Part shown: positions 1 through 13,778 of the stretch, one piece after another
How positions within the stretch are numbered: the stretch's first letter is position 1
Layout of the letters: each line of letters begins with the position of its first letter
Assembly (NCBI GenBank): GCA_951406725.2
Contig: OX597824.1
Location: forward strand, 99,696,001-99,760,000
Direction of reading: 5' to 3'
DNA: 64,000 nt
Source of the DNA: Octopus vulgaris
Lineage: Eukaryota
Made by a program: the position numbers and the translations under genes
The notes under the pieces: generated by a model
What the model was told of the DNA's origin: nothing
The model's input: only the letters and a program-made list of their open reading frames with translations
Database searches by the model: none

Positions 1-167
1 ACCAGTGGCCATTTAGTCTGGTTACAGAACAAAAAAGCTTCTTGACATTGAAGGGACCCAACCTACAAACAAAATCAAAACTAGTTGCACTGAATACTGA
101 TAGGCAAATTTGTCTAAAGCTTTGGATTGATCCGAATGGATCAGAGCTTCATAAAAACCATATTTAA

Positions 168-376
168 CCCTTTCATTATCGTATTTATTTTGAGATGCTC
201 TGTGTTTCTTTCAATTAATTTTAAATATAACTGAGAATTTAGTCAAATAACTTAGTTATCATTAAGCTAGTGTTAGAAACATAAATTGTGACTAAAGTTT
301 GGTGGAAGATTTATGAAAATGAGACATTTGTACTTCAGAGCGAGTGGTGGTTTCAGTCGGGTTGTTAACAAAAGGG
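168..376. mobile_element. piggyBac-type non-autonomous element (MITE)
   Basis: Termini CCCTTT...AAAGGG, each flanked by TTAA (164-167, 377-380); no coding capacity. Confidence 0.6.
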
Positions 377-727
377 TTAATAGTCATCTACTTTGGGATG
401 TATTGCTTGAGGAAAGAGATGGTTGTGAATAGATCTGCCAGGAATCCTGCACATCTACATGCTCCTAACCACATTACTAACAAGCACCATGTACCATGGC
501 CAAAATCTTAAATTCTGAGCTCAGAGTTATGGGCCAGAAATCATTAGTGCCCCTTTCCTCAGCTAACACAATTGTCAATGTTCCCTGTCAACTACACTTC
601 ACCCCCGCTGCACCATACCAATACTCCACCCCACCGCACTACACCCTGCCTTAAAGTTGGTGAAAATAATCAAAAATGATGAATCAAATTTCTTCATTTG
701 AAATGTCAATATTTTTGTTTGTTTTAG

Positions 728-773
728 AAATACTTCTGTAAAAGAGCTGGCAAATAATCTCATTGAATTTGAG
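728..773 (+). CDS. SELENOL: Selenoprotein L, first coding exon visible in the window (upstream exons lie outside it)
   Basis: Acceptor tttgttttag| and donor GAG|gtaatg. Encodes (x)NTSVKELANNLIEFE, which joins in phase 0 to IEWDQFL, giving the SelL-like 'L.E.E.EW..FL..VD' segment. Confidence 0.7.
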
Positions 774-2124
774 GTAATGCATGACATTTTTGTAGCATTT
801 CTTTAACATTTTTTTAATTTTACTAATATATATATATAATTTATATTATTATTTCATTGAATACCACGCATCCATTTCTAAGTAAGTTTCTCTCTCTCGT
901 TGCTCACACGTGACTATCATCCATCTTTCTTTTCCTGCACGACTTTCTAAGGACTGGACATCTATCTTTTCCCTTTTCAAAGAAAATATTTCATCCAGCA
1001 TTTACTATTTTCCTCTCGTTCTGGTCTAATGACCCTCCATGTTTGTTTTCATTAAGTTTCCTTGTATGTCTTCACTGTCCTGTTTTTGTTCCCAACTTTG
1101 AGCCTCCATAAATCCAAAATTTTATTTTGGAATTTATGGAAGCAACTGTCTTCGAAGATTCATATTGCCGTTGAATGAGGAGCAGATAGACAGTCAACAA
1201 CTGATGAAGGGTCGTTCTTTGTGTTACTTGTCCTATTTTCCATGTTTTTTTTTTTGTCTCGTTGTTTGCGTATTTAACTCATTTGTATGCATGCTTCATG
1301 TTGTTATATCTATGCACACACACATACATACACGCTAATATCAAACAGTGATAATGAGTGTTCAACACTAGTCAATAAATCTTTATCTGTGGGTTAAGAA
1401 GGCTACCAATGATTTCACGTAAAAAGAAATCTCTTATCAATTTTCGAGCCTGTCACATGGAAACGCTAGTGCTCATCCCCATTTTGGAAAAACGAGACTG
1501 TGTGGAATTTCAGGATGAATAAATATACAGATCATGGAAAGTAACTTATAAAGAAATCTTAATTCCTGTCTCCCTTCTTGAATCATTTTATGTGAGAACG
1601 CTTGTGCACATCCAAATTTATAAAAAAACATTACGTATATGTGTACATGCACATCCATACAAAACATGCAGTTCCTTGTGAATATCCCAGGGCTAATGCA
1701 GGGGAGGCAACAACTAAGATTTCCTTACAAGTTACGTCCCGTGATATAATAATAATAATAATTGTGTACAGTGCTCAGGTGCACTATAATATGTATATTA
1801 TCTTCCTCAAAATCTTGTATTCTCATCCAAAATGGAGACAAATACCAATATTCCTGTGGCTACCATTAGTAGCCTTGTTAATCCACAACTAAAGTATGTA
1901 TATATATGACGGATTCTCTTGTCATGAACGATAGATGTGGGTTCAGTAAAATATTGTGTTAATAAAATAAAATGTTCTATGGGCACGAATGTGTCTCTTG
2001 AGGTCTGCTGGTGCCTTGCAAGCCTTTCGGCAAATGGGACAAGTGTTGAGGACTCAGTTTGCTTCAGTGCTTGTGGATTATTTACTTTGTCTTTTCTTGA
2101 GTGAACAGCAAGGCTTGCTCTGCT

Positions 2125-3330
2125 TCATCATCATCGTTTAGCATCCGTTTTCCATGCTGGCATGGGTTGGACGCTTTGACTGGGAACTGGCAAGCCAGGA
2201 GGCTGCACCAGGCTCGAATCTGATCCAGTCAGGCGACACTGCCAATGACCCACACATGAATGGTGCTCATCGCATGCCACCAGCACAAGAGCCAGTCAGG
2301 CAGCACTGGCATCAGCCACAACTACAATTTCCATTTTTGATTGAGCTTTGATTTTGATTTTACTTGGCTCAATAGATCTCCTCAAGCATGGCATGTTGCC
2401 CGACGATTAAAAGGTACTTTTTAAAGGGGCTGGTTTGCACCACTGGTATAGGCTATGGCTTTGATCTCACATTACTTGCTGGGTCTTCTCAATCACAGCA
2501 TATCTCCAGAGGTCTTGGTCTTTCATCATTGCCTCTGTGATACCCAACATTTGAAGGTTGTGCTTCACCATCTCATCCCATGTCTTCCTGGGTCTACCTC
2601 TTCCACGGGTTCCTTCCATTGTTAGGGAGTGACACTTCTTCACACAGCTCTCCTCATCCATACGCAGCACATGACCAGTGCAGTCGTCTCTCTTGCATAC
2701 TACATCTGATGCTTCTTATATCCAACATTTCTCTCAGGGTGCTTACACTCTGTCGTATATGCACACTGACATTACACATCCAGCGGATCATGCTAGCTTC
2801 ATTTCTTTCAAGCTTACACATGTCTTCAGCAGTCCCAGCCCATGTTTCACTGCTGTAAAGCATGGCAGTTTGCACACATGCATCATACAATCTACCTTTC
2901 ACTCTGAGTGAGAGGCCCTTTGTCACCAGTAGAGATAGGAGCTTTCTGAACTTTGTTCAGGCTTTTCTTATTCTAGAAGCAACACTCTCCGAGCCTTCCA
3001 CCCCACACTACAGACTTGGTCACCTAGGTAGCAGAAGCTGTCAACTACTACTACTTTCTCTCCCTGGCATGTGATGGAGTCTGTTTTCTGAGCATCTGCA
3101 GTGTTTATTGTCCCTGTGCATCTGACGCACACAAAAGCTATCATCCTGGTTGACCTTCCTTTGATGTTGCTGCACCTCTTATGCATACATAGCTTACACT
3201 GGGTACATCTTATGGAGTACATCTTTTCTAGAGATTGAGCAGAGCCATCTACCTGATGGAGTTTGTGGTGTGTTCACCTTCCTACTTACTAGGACTTTGG
3301 TTTTTGCAATATTGACTCTAAGCCCTTTTG
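2125..3330 (-). mobile_element. RTE-clade LINE, 5'-truncated and decayed
   Basis: Minus-strand fragments VDSFCYLGD, LYDACVQTAMLYSSETW and RGRGRPRKTW; (GAT)n tail near 2125. Confidence 0.85.
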
Positions 3331-4452
3331 ATTCTAAACTTTGCTTTCACACCTGAAATTTCTTTTCTAGTTCTGGTAGTGATTCTGCTGTGCCATAAAA
3401 CCACAATGATAGGTAAGGTTTCCATTGAGAGGAGCAGCATTTTGCTAGCGTGTCTTCATGTTTGTACAAAGTTGGTCCCAATGTTGGAGTCGATTTTGCC
3501 CAGATCTTTGAACTGAGTAGAAGCAGGACTGGTACCGGGTCCTGTGTTCTGATGCTTTGCTTTCCCAGAAAGAAAAGGGAATATTGATTTGCTTCAGATT
3601 GTCTTTTACTTTGTCTTTGAAGTGCAAGAGTGGCCCCTTCCAATTGACCTTACTGTTGGGAATTAGCGAAAGAGAAGTTGCATATGTCAGGTCACACTCA
3701 GGCGCTACTGGTAACATGTAACCTAGCACATCCTATTGCATAGTCGAGTCATCAGCGACTAAATTGGCAACCCCACTTAACTTGCTTTGTGAAGAGGGTG
3801 TTTATTGGACACCCTGTGGACGAAAAAACAAAACCTGTCAAAGGGTGGAGGACTAATCAATGGTCATCCAACAAAAATGGGTGTACATATGTATATATTG
3901 CTTTTACATATCTTATATATATATTCTTAAATCTCATATATTTTTACTTTTTTTCGTGTGTGTATATATATGTATGGGGCAGATGAGACTCCTTACCCAT
4001 GGTGATGGCAACCCATCTAGGAGAAGAAAAACTCTCTATATATATGTGTGTGTGTGTGTGTGTATATATAGACCTATCATCTTCATGGCTGATATTGCTT
4101 TGACAAAATTTGTCAATTTCCATTACTGCTGTAATAATTGTTCTTTTACAGCTAGCTAATTATACAGTTGATTTTGTATAAGAGGATATATATTATTAGA
4201 CCCTCTTTAACAAAACCTACAATTTATGTATATATTTGGATATGTATGCAGTCATCTGCTAATCAAACATTTTCTTTACCTCATGAAATTACTTCAAGAC
4301 TAGCAAGTTACACAAGAGGTGGAAGCCTCAATTCAAACCTAAAACATTTACACATCTCCTCAAGAGCCACACCTACATTTCTTCTGTAATTGACTAATTC
4401 GTGCCTAGCCAATCTTCTTTAATATTCTCTTTTGGTTTGTATTCTTTTACAG

Positions 4453-4704
4453 ATAGAATGGGATCAGTTTCTTCACACTGTAGATGCTGCTCTCCATGGT
4501 GAGTCCCATGGGAAAACTAAAACACTTGAGGTTGGAGATTATTTATCCCAGCAACTAACAGTTGTTGATGTATTAGAGGGAAATTCAGGAACTCTGGACA
4601 AATTACTCCCAGTTTTCACTTCTCCTTATTTACTACTTGTTCTCCAGCGCCATTTTGCATGACTACCCTGACGTAAACATGTAATGGAGCTAGAAACTTG
4701 GAAG
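4453..4704 (+). CDS. SELENOL: Selenoprotein L exon carrying the UxxU motif (TGA at 4660-4662 and 4669-4671 read as Sec)
   Basis: Acceptor tcttttacag| and donor AAG|gtaagc; 84 codons: IEWDQFLHTVD...PYLLLVLQRHFA-U-LP-U-RKHVMELETWK. Hydrophobic beta-strand + RHF + UxxU is the SelL signature. Confidence 0.93.
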
Positions 4705-4849
4705 GTAAGCTTGTTTCTTCTCCCCCCCCCCCAGTCTACGATAACTCTAGTCATCTTTTTTGTTGTCTCACTTTCTTCTGCAGAAATGTTATGTAACATG
4801 CGTTTTTACATGTTAACCTACCTGTGATCCTGTATTTATGTATATAGAG

Positions 4850-5110
4850 GTTACAGACAGGCTAATGGCAGTGGTAACCATCAAATGTGGCAGTAACTAG
4901 TAGTCACAACAGCACTTTCTCCAGCTGGTTCTGTTCTAGAATCTATACTTGCAGAAAATTTTCCTCCATTGCTAATAAGATCACATAGGTAATAGAAACT
5001 ATTGCCTGCCTCCAGAGAACCATCTGTGCATTTCAGAAAATTTCTCTCTTTTATGTTTTTAGTTTTTGCTCCTCTGCATCTGTTGCATATTAACCGTTTA
5101 GTGTTCACAT
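4850..5110 (-). mobile_element. RTE LINE fragment
   Basis: C.RC...GSLE..NSFYYL.D.IS.GG, homologous to the other RTE copies. Confidence 0.6.
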
Positions 5111-5749
5111 TACTCTGTTAAATGTAATACTTTTTCACTCAAATGGTTTTGAATTAATCATGCATTATCTTATAGCTTTGAAGTTTCAATGATGTGATTG
5201 TTTATTTTTAGAATGTCAATTTAGGTTAGAGGCTAGATATCGCCAGTTTGAATATAAACCATCTAGAATATTTGGGCCGGCCCATATGGCTGGTTTAAAC
5301 GGTCTTCTTTGTCTGTTAACCTTCTTGTGATCCAACATACCAAAATGGCCTCTGCCAGTAACAACACTTCACTCTAAATTCATGGATTATTTTCTTTCCC
5401 TTATTTGATAAGAGGAATGCTTCCCAAAATATTATAAAAGTATTAAACAACCTATGTAAAGTTATACAATATATTTTCTATGGTTTTTATTTATTGATGT
5501 CATTTTACATATTTTGCCTAACTTTTCACTTGCATTGCTCAGAATATACCCTTCCAGATTATAAACAATATTTCTAAGAAGTTAAAGATATCTATTCAGA
5601 ACTGCTAAGCTGCCATTAATATAAGAAATATTTGAAAAGATATTTAAATTTACTATTAACCCTAAAAAATGTTGGTTCTTTTCTCCACCTTATTTCCCTA
5701 AATACTTAAATTGATAAAATGACTGACACAGTTTTATTTCATTTTGCAG

Positions 5750-5872
5750 TCAGATTTGAAAGCTTTAGGCTGCGATGTTCTACTTCTTTTCTTTGGATCA
5801 CAGAAGTCTATAAAGCAGTGGTTGGCAGAAACAAAATCTTCTTTTCCTTCTTTTCAAGATTCTTCAAAAAAT
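5750..5872 (+). CDS. SELENOL: Selenoprotein L exon
   Basis: ttttgcag|...AAT|gtgaga; SDLKALGCDVLLLFFGSQKSIKQWLAETKSSFPSFQDSSKN, the AhpC/TSA-like 'V.V.FG....W...T...F...D' segment; phase 0/0. Confidence 0.88.
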
Positions 5873-6548
5873 GTGAGACATTTTAAAATATTTTTCAGAA
5901 ATGTTGAATTCTAAATATTACCAACAGTTGGAGAGTTGCTGCTGCTAACCCAAATGCTGAACAGTTGAAAATAACAAAATCTATGCAAATGCACAGATCT
6001 TTGATTGCTTCCTTTTTAAGATAGGCCTTTTTTTACCTTTTGAAAACTCTGCATCATTAGAAGCTTTCCTTATTTCTCTTTTCTTTCATTTTCTACTTCT
6101 CTACTACAGTGCTTCAAGTGAGCTACAATGCTCATATATATATATATATATATATATAAAATTGAATAATAAGAGTGTAACTCTTTCCATGGAATAACAC
6201 GGAAGGGCTCAATATATTGAGCAAATATCAAAGTTCATGGCGGGAGAGAAAACAGATTAATTTATCATCCTCCTTATCCGGCCAATACATATTCAAATTG
6301 GGAATACAATCAAATATATACATATATATTTTTATTATATAATTCCAAGGTTGGGTGATCACAAGATGTATACAGAAAATTACATCCGATAAAATAAATT
6401 AAAATCACAAGCAGGTGAGATGTTTAAAAGATTTACAATAGCCTTTCAATGAAATAAAATTAAATAGAGTAAGGCGAATTTAAACTGTCCTCGAATGAAA
6501 TAAAAATAAAGCAGTTCATGGCTGAAATAAAAATATAATGAAGTAAGA

Positions 6549-6631
6549 TATCTTACGATCATTTCAGGGAATACACAAAGCAAAAACTTTTCCTTTTGAC
6601 TTTGGTGGCTGCATTTCCTTCATCAGAGATA
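6549..6631 (-). ncRNA. Minimal type I hammerhead ribozyme motif in the Penelope terminal region
   Basis: Minus strand: TATCT-CTGATGA-AGGAAATGCA...TGTATTCCCT-GAAA-TGATCG-TA-AGATA (stem I, core, long stem II, near-palindromic stem III, GUA cleavage triplet). Confidence 0.75.
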
Positions 6632-6899
6632 GAATTTTTAAAGTTTAGGTTTTTTTTTAAATTTAAGTTTTTTTAAAAGAGTTTTTCCCACAACAACTGT
6701 GTGATCTTGGTAATAAATATAGAAGAGCTGAAAGAGTTGTAAATGAGTTTAAAGGAAAAAATAAAAATGAAAAGTGGTCCGGTATGTATAAAATAAATTT
6801 TCATGTCTTATAATTACTAGAAATAACAAAATTATATTTATACCTATACTAAATTATATGCCTGAATAAGGATGAGTGGAGATCTATATCGGAGAACAC

Positions 6900-8520
6900 A
6901 GCATTTTAAAAACTTTTTGTTTTTTCTAAAATTTTAAAAATCTTTTTATTTTCTAAAAAATTTGAAAGTTCATAGCAAATTGTGCTGACATGAGATGAAG
7001 ACCTCAGATATCTTATTCAGCAATAACTGTTCTTAATATATTTATGACTTCTTTCAAACAAAGTCTACAGGTTTTTATTTGGGTGTTATATGCAGTATAC
7101 TCCCCCATGATAAACCATTTTAGAGAGTATATTCTATTACTGTTTTTTATATGACCAAAGCAGTTGAATTTTTCCTATTCACTTGTGCCCTATATCTAAT
7201 CTTGAAATTTGTAGTGCTTCCAGTGTATACTTTTTTAACCTCATTTAAAGTATTCATTTATACACTACATTGTTGTGTAGACACTGACCCTCTAATGGAC
7301 AATTATTTTGAGAGCTATAATCACAACTGTTTTTTGCAAAGCCACCCATTTCTTTATTATTATTTCCTTTGTTACTGTTAGTATTTGTCAAATTTCATAT
7401 TTTAGGCTTATTATTTGTGGCAATAATCGATCCGAGGCTCAATGTTGTGGAATAAGAAAATTTCAGAGTTGATTTGTTAAAAATAGAGTGGTTCCTATGT
7501 GTTGAAGGAAAATTATTCTCAATTTATTAATTTAAAGAATAACTGGGGAAGGTTTTTAACCTGTAAGGAGGGGAGGGGGGTGAACCAAATAATATCCCAT
7601 TTCCATGCTGTTTTTTATAGAATTCCCTAGTTACATTAATATTACCCACATTATTATAATTTAAATTCTTATTTTTTTGTATTATATCTACATCGTTCAA
7701 GTTCAAGAAGGTCAATATTAGATGGGATATCTATATTTAGATCACCCAATTTTGGGATCATTCTAGCCAGCTTAATTCTAAATACAGTATTTTTTTTATG
7801 TATGTTTCGTGTTAAAGCCACTATTCATAAGGGCCAGATACATGTGTGTATGTGATTATTAAAAACCTAGTCATTGGCAGATAGATTAGATATCCTAATT
7901 GATACCCCTTTAATTACTCTGTTAATGACACTTTTTAGATGGTTAGATAATATGTTGATATACTGGATAGTCTTATCCTTTAAATAAGGATAGAATAGGC
8001 CATTTTCCGAGTTCAGGATAATGTCTAAAAAATTTGCAATCTTAGACACCTGTTTTCAGAAGTGATATTTAAATTATATCCCTTAAAGACCCTAATTAAT
8101 TGTTTCCTACTCCTATCAATTTTTCGTAAGGGAAAGTTCAAAATGACAAATAAAGCGTCATCTCTATATAATCCCCTGCTAATATTTGGAAATTTCTCCT
8201 TAATAATTGATAATAAGAATAGCCCAACAATGTCAGTGATTTAGGTGGAATGAGAAGATCCCATCGTAACATCGAAATTATCTGGGATATCACTACGGGT
8301 CCAATATTTTTCATTATACGAAATTAATGTTTTTCTGGCAGTTTGGATTATCCCTTTTTCCAAAAGTGAAATGTTCTTAAATCTATTTTCAAATGCCAAT
8401 GCCGTATGTAAAAGATTCAGAGATATTAACTGTTAATAATTATCATTGTCGAATTGTATAAAACAGGATTTTTCTTTTATTTTGAATTGAACAAAACCAT
8501 GTAATTACATTACCAGTTCT
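6900..8520 (-). mobile_element. Penelope-like retroelement (RT + GIY-YIG), decayed, antisense within a SELENOL intron
   Basis: Minus-strand motifs DNFDVTMGS, LYRDDALF and NFLDI...YINILSNH (RT), then CPLEGQCL..NVVYK...YTGSTTNFKIRY (GIY-YIG); many stops. Confidence 0.85.
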
Positions 8521-10091
8521 GTTACATAGAGGCAAATCCACATTCCGCTTCACATGAGGGAAGATTCACAGAGATTCTCATAAATAAATCATGAGATGCT
8601 ACTCTTGGATGACATCTTTTAAGTGGTTGTCTCTCTTAGGTTTGACTTTTGGGCCAACAATTGTGTTGGATGGTAAATTTGTTTGCATTATCATATAGTA
8701 TATTCTAGTTGTATGTGATGTTCATATGCTTGTGTAGCAAGGTAGTCCTTCATAGGGGCATGTTCCTTCTGTGTGTGAAGTTCATGTATTATGTATATTT
8801 AAATTTCACATTCAGGAAAGGAGATATCCTGATGGGATTAGCAGCACAGGTAGTGTTTCTTCTTTGAAATGTTTGATAGTAAAATATTGCTCATGTATGC
8901 AAGGAGATTTCACCCCTAATATTTAGAATGTTAATTGTTGACTGTAGATATTTAATTTTTCAGTGATACAGAGTTCACATTTGGTACTGCATCTTCTGTA
9001 TTTTCCGACTTTAGCAATGATGTTCCATTTTATCTGGGGTTTACTTATTCCACCTTGTTTCAATGTCCATATCATTATTGGAGAGGGATGTTATGTGTCT
9101 TTTATTTGTCTCTGAATGATGCCAGCTATTGTGTGTACCTCTCCTTGAATGAGTTGCCCATCATTCTGTCTGTCTTTGCTACTCCATTGGGATCCATGAC
9201 CTTGGCCTTGTATACAAGTTCTTTTCTGAGACAGTTGTTGTTTAGAGGGCAGTGGGTTGGAGATGTGCACCTTCATGATTCTACAACCCTTGCTGGTCAT
9301 AGAATTAATTTGTTTAGTTTGGTAGTATTATAGGAGAAAATAATGCAATGTCATGCATGGGTAGTGGGTAATGAAGATTTATAGTAATAGAGGAGGTTAG
9401 TGGATGGAGTAGGGGGCAATCAGATAGTGAGGCATCTCCCCCCTACAACTATGATCGAATTAGTTTCTTTTATCTTTTAATTCTATTCAACAAGCAGTTT
9501 TAGCACTAAGTACAAAGGCTAAGGTTACCCAGTTATTTATACACTTAACAGCCCTCTATATACCCCCTTTAAGGCTGGAAGGATCATTAAGGAGATGATA
9601 AATCTGATAATACGATGGGGGGAGGGCATGAAATAAGAAGAGTGGCCATCATTAGATAAATAAAGGAGTTTACATTAAAAGGGGTTATGAAAGCAAATGG
9701 ATAATAATAAAATAAGGATTCTAATTAAAAAATTAGGAAAATAATAAAGAATGTGAGTGGTAGATAGTCACTATGCAAATAATATTATAGGAATTAAAAA
9801 AATAATTAAAAATTAGTTAAAAATAGTATAATGGAATAAAGTAAAATAAGGTAATGTAAAGGATAAAGTAGAATAGCAAGTAAAAGGTGAACTGAAACAG
9901 AATAAAATAATAATAAAACGAGAGAATATATAATAAGCATAATTCAATACATAAATATAGCATGAAATGAATCAAAATATACGAAAAATGAGAAAATATA
10001 AGAAAGCAGTTTAGTATAAATTTCCAAGACATGATTTGAGATGTGTAGAATATATAAAGCAGATTCCTTAATATTGAGAATTTAAAGTGTA

Positions 10092-10700
10092 ATCATCGTC
10101 ATCATCATTTACCATCTGTTCTCCATGCTGGCATGGGTTGGACAGTTCAACTGGGGTCTAAGAAACCAAGGGAATGCACCAGGCTCCAATCTGATCTGGC
10201 AGTGTTTCTACAGCAGGATGCCCTTCCTAACGCCAACCACTCTGTGTGTAATGGGTGCTTTTTATGTGCCACTGGCACAGGGGCCAGAGAGGGCTGGCAC
10301 CCGCCACGTTTGGATGGTGCTTTTTACGTGTCACTGGCACAGAGAGGTGTCGCTGGCATCAGCCACAACTATAATTTCCATTTGATTTGATTTTGATGTT
10401 GATGTACTTGACTCAATAGGTCTCCCCAAGCACAGCATGTCACCCTACAATCGAAAGGTACTTTTGTTAAGTGACTGGTTATGCGACACTGGCATAGGCT
10501 ACAGCTGTGGTCTCACTTAATTTGTCAGGTCTTCTCAGTCACAGCATATCTCTAGAGGTCTCGGTCTTTCATCATTGCCTCTGTGATACCCAACATTTGA
10601 TGGTCATGCTTCACCGCCTCATTACATGTCTTCCTGGGTCTCCCTCTACCACGGGTTCCTTCCACTGTTTGGGTGTAACACTTCTTCACACAGCTCTCCT
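10092..10700 (-). mobile_element. RTE LINE 3' end
   Basis: RGRGRPRKT and the shared 3' UTR/tail (catcatt...ccatgctggcatgggttgg on +). Confidence 0.8.
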
Positions 10701-10869
10701 TAGTGAATGGGGAAAGCTTGGTCTGCAGTGTTTGCACCTGTGTATCCTTGTCAAGAGCAGGGCTTATTAGCCACCAATGGATCCGTAAATGCAAAATATA
10801 AGCTAGTCCTCGACTGCACAATGTTCCTGAAGGTTAGCAATGGTCTTCCTTGGTCACGACTGGGCAGCC

Positions 10870-10961
10870 ATCATATATACGTGTGTGTGTGTGAGGGAGT
10901 TGTATGCATATGTGTGTGTCTGTATATATATATATATATATATATGTGGGTGTATGTATTA

Positions 10962-10994
<33 letters not shown>

Positions 10995-11112
10995 GTGTGT
11001 GTTTATGTGTATATATGTTTATGTATGTGAGAGTATGTATATGTGTGTGTATGTCTATATAGATGTGTGTGTGTATAGATCTGCATGTGTGTATGTATGT
11101 ATATATATATAC
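10870..11112. repeat. Compound (TG)n/(TA)n microsatellite
   Basis: Direct reading; produces spurious YIYI/VCVC ORFs. Confidence 0.9.
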
Positions 11113-11181
11113 GTGAGGTGGGGGTAATCTTGCTAGTAACTTTCTGTCACTTAATCACAAATTTTGTTTTGTTTTTTCTAG

Positions 11182-11220
11182 ATTTACTCTGCTCTTGGAT
11201 TACGTAGATCTGTCAAGGAA
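11182..11220 (+). CDS. SELENOL: Selenoprotein L micro-exon (39 nt)
   Basis: ttttttctag|...GAA|gtaaga; IYSALGLRRSVKE matches the conserved 'Y..(F/L)GL..S' motif. Confidence 0.85.
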
Positions 11221-11504
11221 GTAAGATATTTATATTATACTCTTTCCTATATATATATATATATAGTTAAATACTGATGTATAAATGAAAATATTTCATT
11301 AGCTGGGGTCAGACCTTACTTTGATAAATTCTACTCCTTGTTTTATTTCCATTTTTACGTAGTTTTTAGGAATGGCTTTAGAGAGTTGTGTCTGAGATCA
11401 ATGAGAAGACTAATATATTGGAAGAGAAGCATGAACATCACATAATCCCATACTATTCTCCTGTAACCTACCATCAAATCTAAGGCTTCATAATTTTGTT
11501 AGAG

Positions 11505-12730
11505 ATCATCATTGTTTAACCTTCACTTTCCATGCTGGCATGGGTTTGACTGGGGACTGGTGAGACAGAGGCTGCACCAGGTTCAATCTGGTCTGGCAAT
11601 GTTTCTACAGCTGGATGCCCTTCCTAACGCCAACCACTCTGAGAGTGTAGTGGGTGCTTTTTACTTGCCACTGGCATGAGGGCCAGTCAGGCGGTTCTGG
11701 CAATGACCATACTCACGCTCAAAAGGTGTTTTTACATACTACCTGCATGGGAGCCAGTCCGGCGGCACTGGCAATTACCATGCTCGAATGTAGTTTTTCA
11801 TGTGCCACCAGCACAGGAGCCAATCTGTGGCCCTGGCAATGGTCACACTCTGATGTGCTTTTAACATTCCACTGGCACGAGTGCCAATCAAGCGCTACTG
11901 TCGTCGGCCACATCAGCAATTTTGATTTTGATTTCACTTGCTTCAACAGGTCTTTGCAAGCAAGGTTTATTATCCAATGAATGAGGGGTATTCATAAATG
12001 GGCTGGTTACACCCACTGGCATAGACCATGGGCTATGGTATCACTTGGCTTGTTGGGTCTTCTCAAGCACAGCATATCTCTATTGCCTTGGTAAGGCCCA
12101 ATGTTCGAAGGTCATGCTTCACCACCTCATCCCAGGTTTTCCTGGGTCTACCTCTTCCACAGGCTCCCTCAACTGCTAGGGTGTGACACTTTTACACACA
12201 GCTGTCCTCATTCATTCGCAACATATGACCATACCAGCATAGTCATCTCACTTGCACACCACATCTGATGCTTCTTAAGTCCATCTTTTCTCTCAGGGCA
12301 CTTACACTCTGTCGTGTATTCACGCTGACATTACACATTCAGTGGAACATACTGGTTTCGTTTCTTGCAAGCTTACACATGTCCTCAGCAGTCACAGCCC
12401 ATGTTTCACTTCCATGTAGCATGGCAGTTCACACATATGCATTGTACAGTCTACCTTTTACTCTGAGAGAGAGGCCCTTTGTCACCAGTCTTTTATAAAG
12501 GACCATCTACCGAAAGGGGTTTGTGGTTTGTCTGCCTTCCTACTTATTAGACTTTGGATTTAGCTAGGTTGACTCTAAGGGCCTTCAATTCTAATCCTTG
12601 CATCCACACCTGAAACTTTCCCTCTAGTTCTGATAGTGATTCAGCAATTAGAGCAAGGTCATCAGCATAGAGGAGCTCCCAGGGGCATCCTGTCTTGAAT
12701 TCCTCTGTTATTGCCTGGAGGACTATGATG
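11505..12730 (-). mobile_element. RTE LINE, RT-to-3'-end fragment with an internal deletion
   Basis: EFKTGCPWELLYADDLALIAES (RT YADD motif) plus the same 3' UTR. Confidence 0.85.
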
Positions 12731-12815
12731 AAACCCCACCTAGGTATATTTTCCTCCCATAAATGTACAATTTGTAATCTCAAGTAATTGATGATATTAA
12801 TATATTTATTTACAG

Positions 12816-12914
12816 GTGTTTTGTATGAAGACCACACAATATTATGCTGCTGAAATGGCTTCTGATGGGATTATCCCAACTCCATATAAAGATTTCAATG
12901 AAGATATTTACCAA
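12816..12914 (+). CDS. SELENOL: Selenoprotein L exon
   Basis: tatttacag|...CAA|gtaagg; VFCMKTTQYYAAEMASDGIIPTPYKDFNEDIYQ ends in the conserved EDIYQ. Confidence 0.88.
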
Positions 12915-12969
12915 GTAAGGACATTTTAATATCTAACCACTCAATTTTATTTAAATGATCACCTCTAAA

Positions 12970-13257
12970 GCGTGGTTGATGCCAGTGCTAGCTGACTGGT
13001 CCTGTGCTGGTGGCATGTAAAATGCTCCATTTGAGCGTGGCCAATGCCAGTATCACCTGACTGGCCCTCATGCCAGTGGCACGTAAAAAGCATCCACTAC
13101 ACTCTCAGTGTGGTTGGCGTTGGAAAGGGCATCCAGCTGTAGAAACATTGCCAGATCGGATTGGAACCTAAGTGCAGCTTTCTGGCTTGCCAGCCCTCAG
13201 TCAAACCGTCCAACCCATGCCAGCATGAAAGCTGATGTTAAACGATGATGATGATGA
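12970..13257 (+). mobile_element. RTE 3'-UTR-derived repeat
   Basis: ggaaagggcatccagctgtagaaa...caacccatgccagcatg...aacgatgatgatg; reverse complement of the RTE tails elsewhere in the window. Confidence 0.75.
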
Positions 13258-13778
13258 GTGAGATGAAATATGATAACTTATTCTGAAATTATAACTTAGG
13301 ATGGAAATCATAGCTTTTAGTTCTTATATTTCCATTGTAAACTTAAGACTACGACTGGATGTTAAAATCTGAGCAAAATAATGCAAATTACATGAGAAGA
13401 AGGATCGCAGAAACCACACAAATCTATATACAGTAGTCCCTCGTCATATCACTGTCCACCTCTTGCGCACTCAGTATATCATGGTTCACTTGTCATGCAC
13501 TCAGTACATCGTGGATTTTTCTGGCTAATATTTGTAAATTTATACTGCAAACTCCTCAGTATATCTGGATTTCTGCGGTCGATAGGTATTTATATTTTTT
13601 TAGATTTGAATTATTTCTGTGGGAGGTTTTCAAATGTAACACCGGTGGTAGTCAAGAGATTACTGTACACTTGTACAGACACCCAACTTGTGATATTAAG
13701 AGTCACTGAGCATTGACTGAAAATTAAAACCTGATACAATCTGATCCTAAACCAAAATACTTTATTATTTCTTGCTAG

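Noticed and set aside
1100-1230. Hairpin plus CTGATGAAG as a further hammerhead
   Set aside because: No correctly placed GAAA/stem III/NUH could be found; probably a decayed repeat related to 59580-59920.
4432-4662. 76-aa ORF ending at TGA, or a pseudogene with two nonsense codons
   Set aside because: The two TGAs sit exactly at the redox motif, the downstream exons are intact and a SECIS is present, so Sec recoding explains it better.
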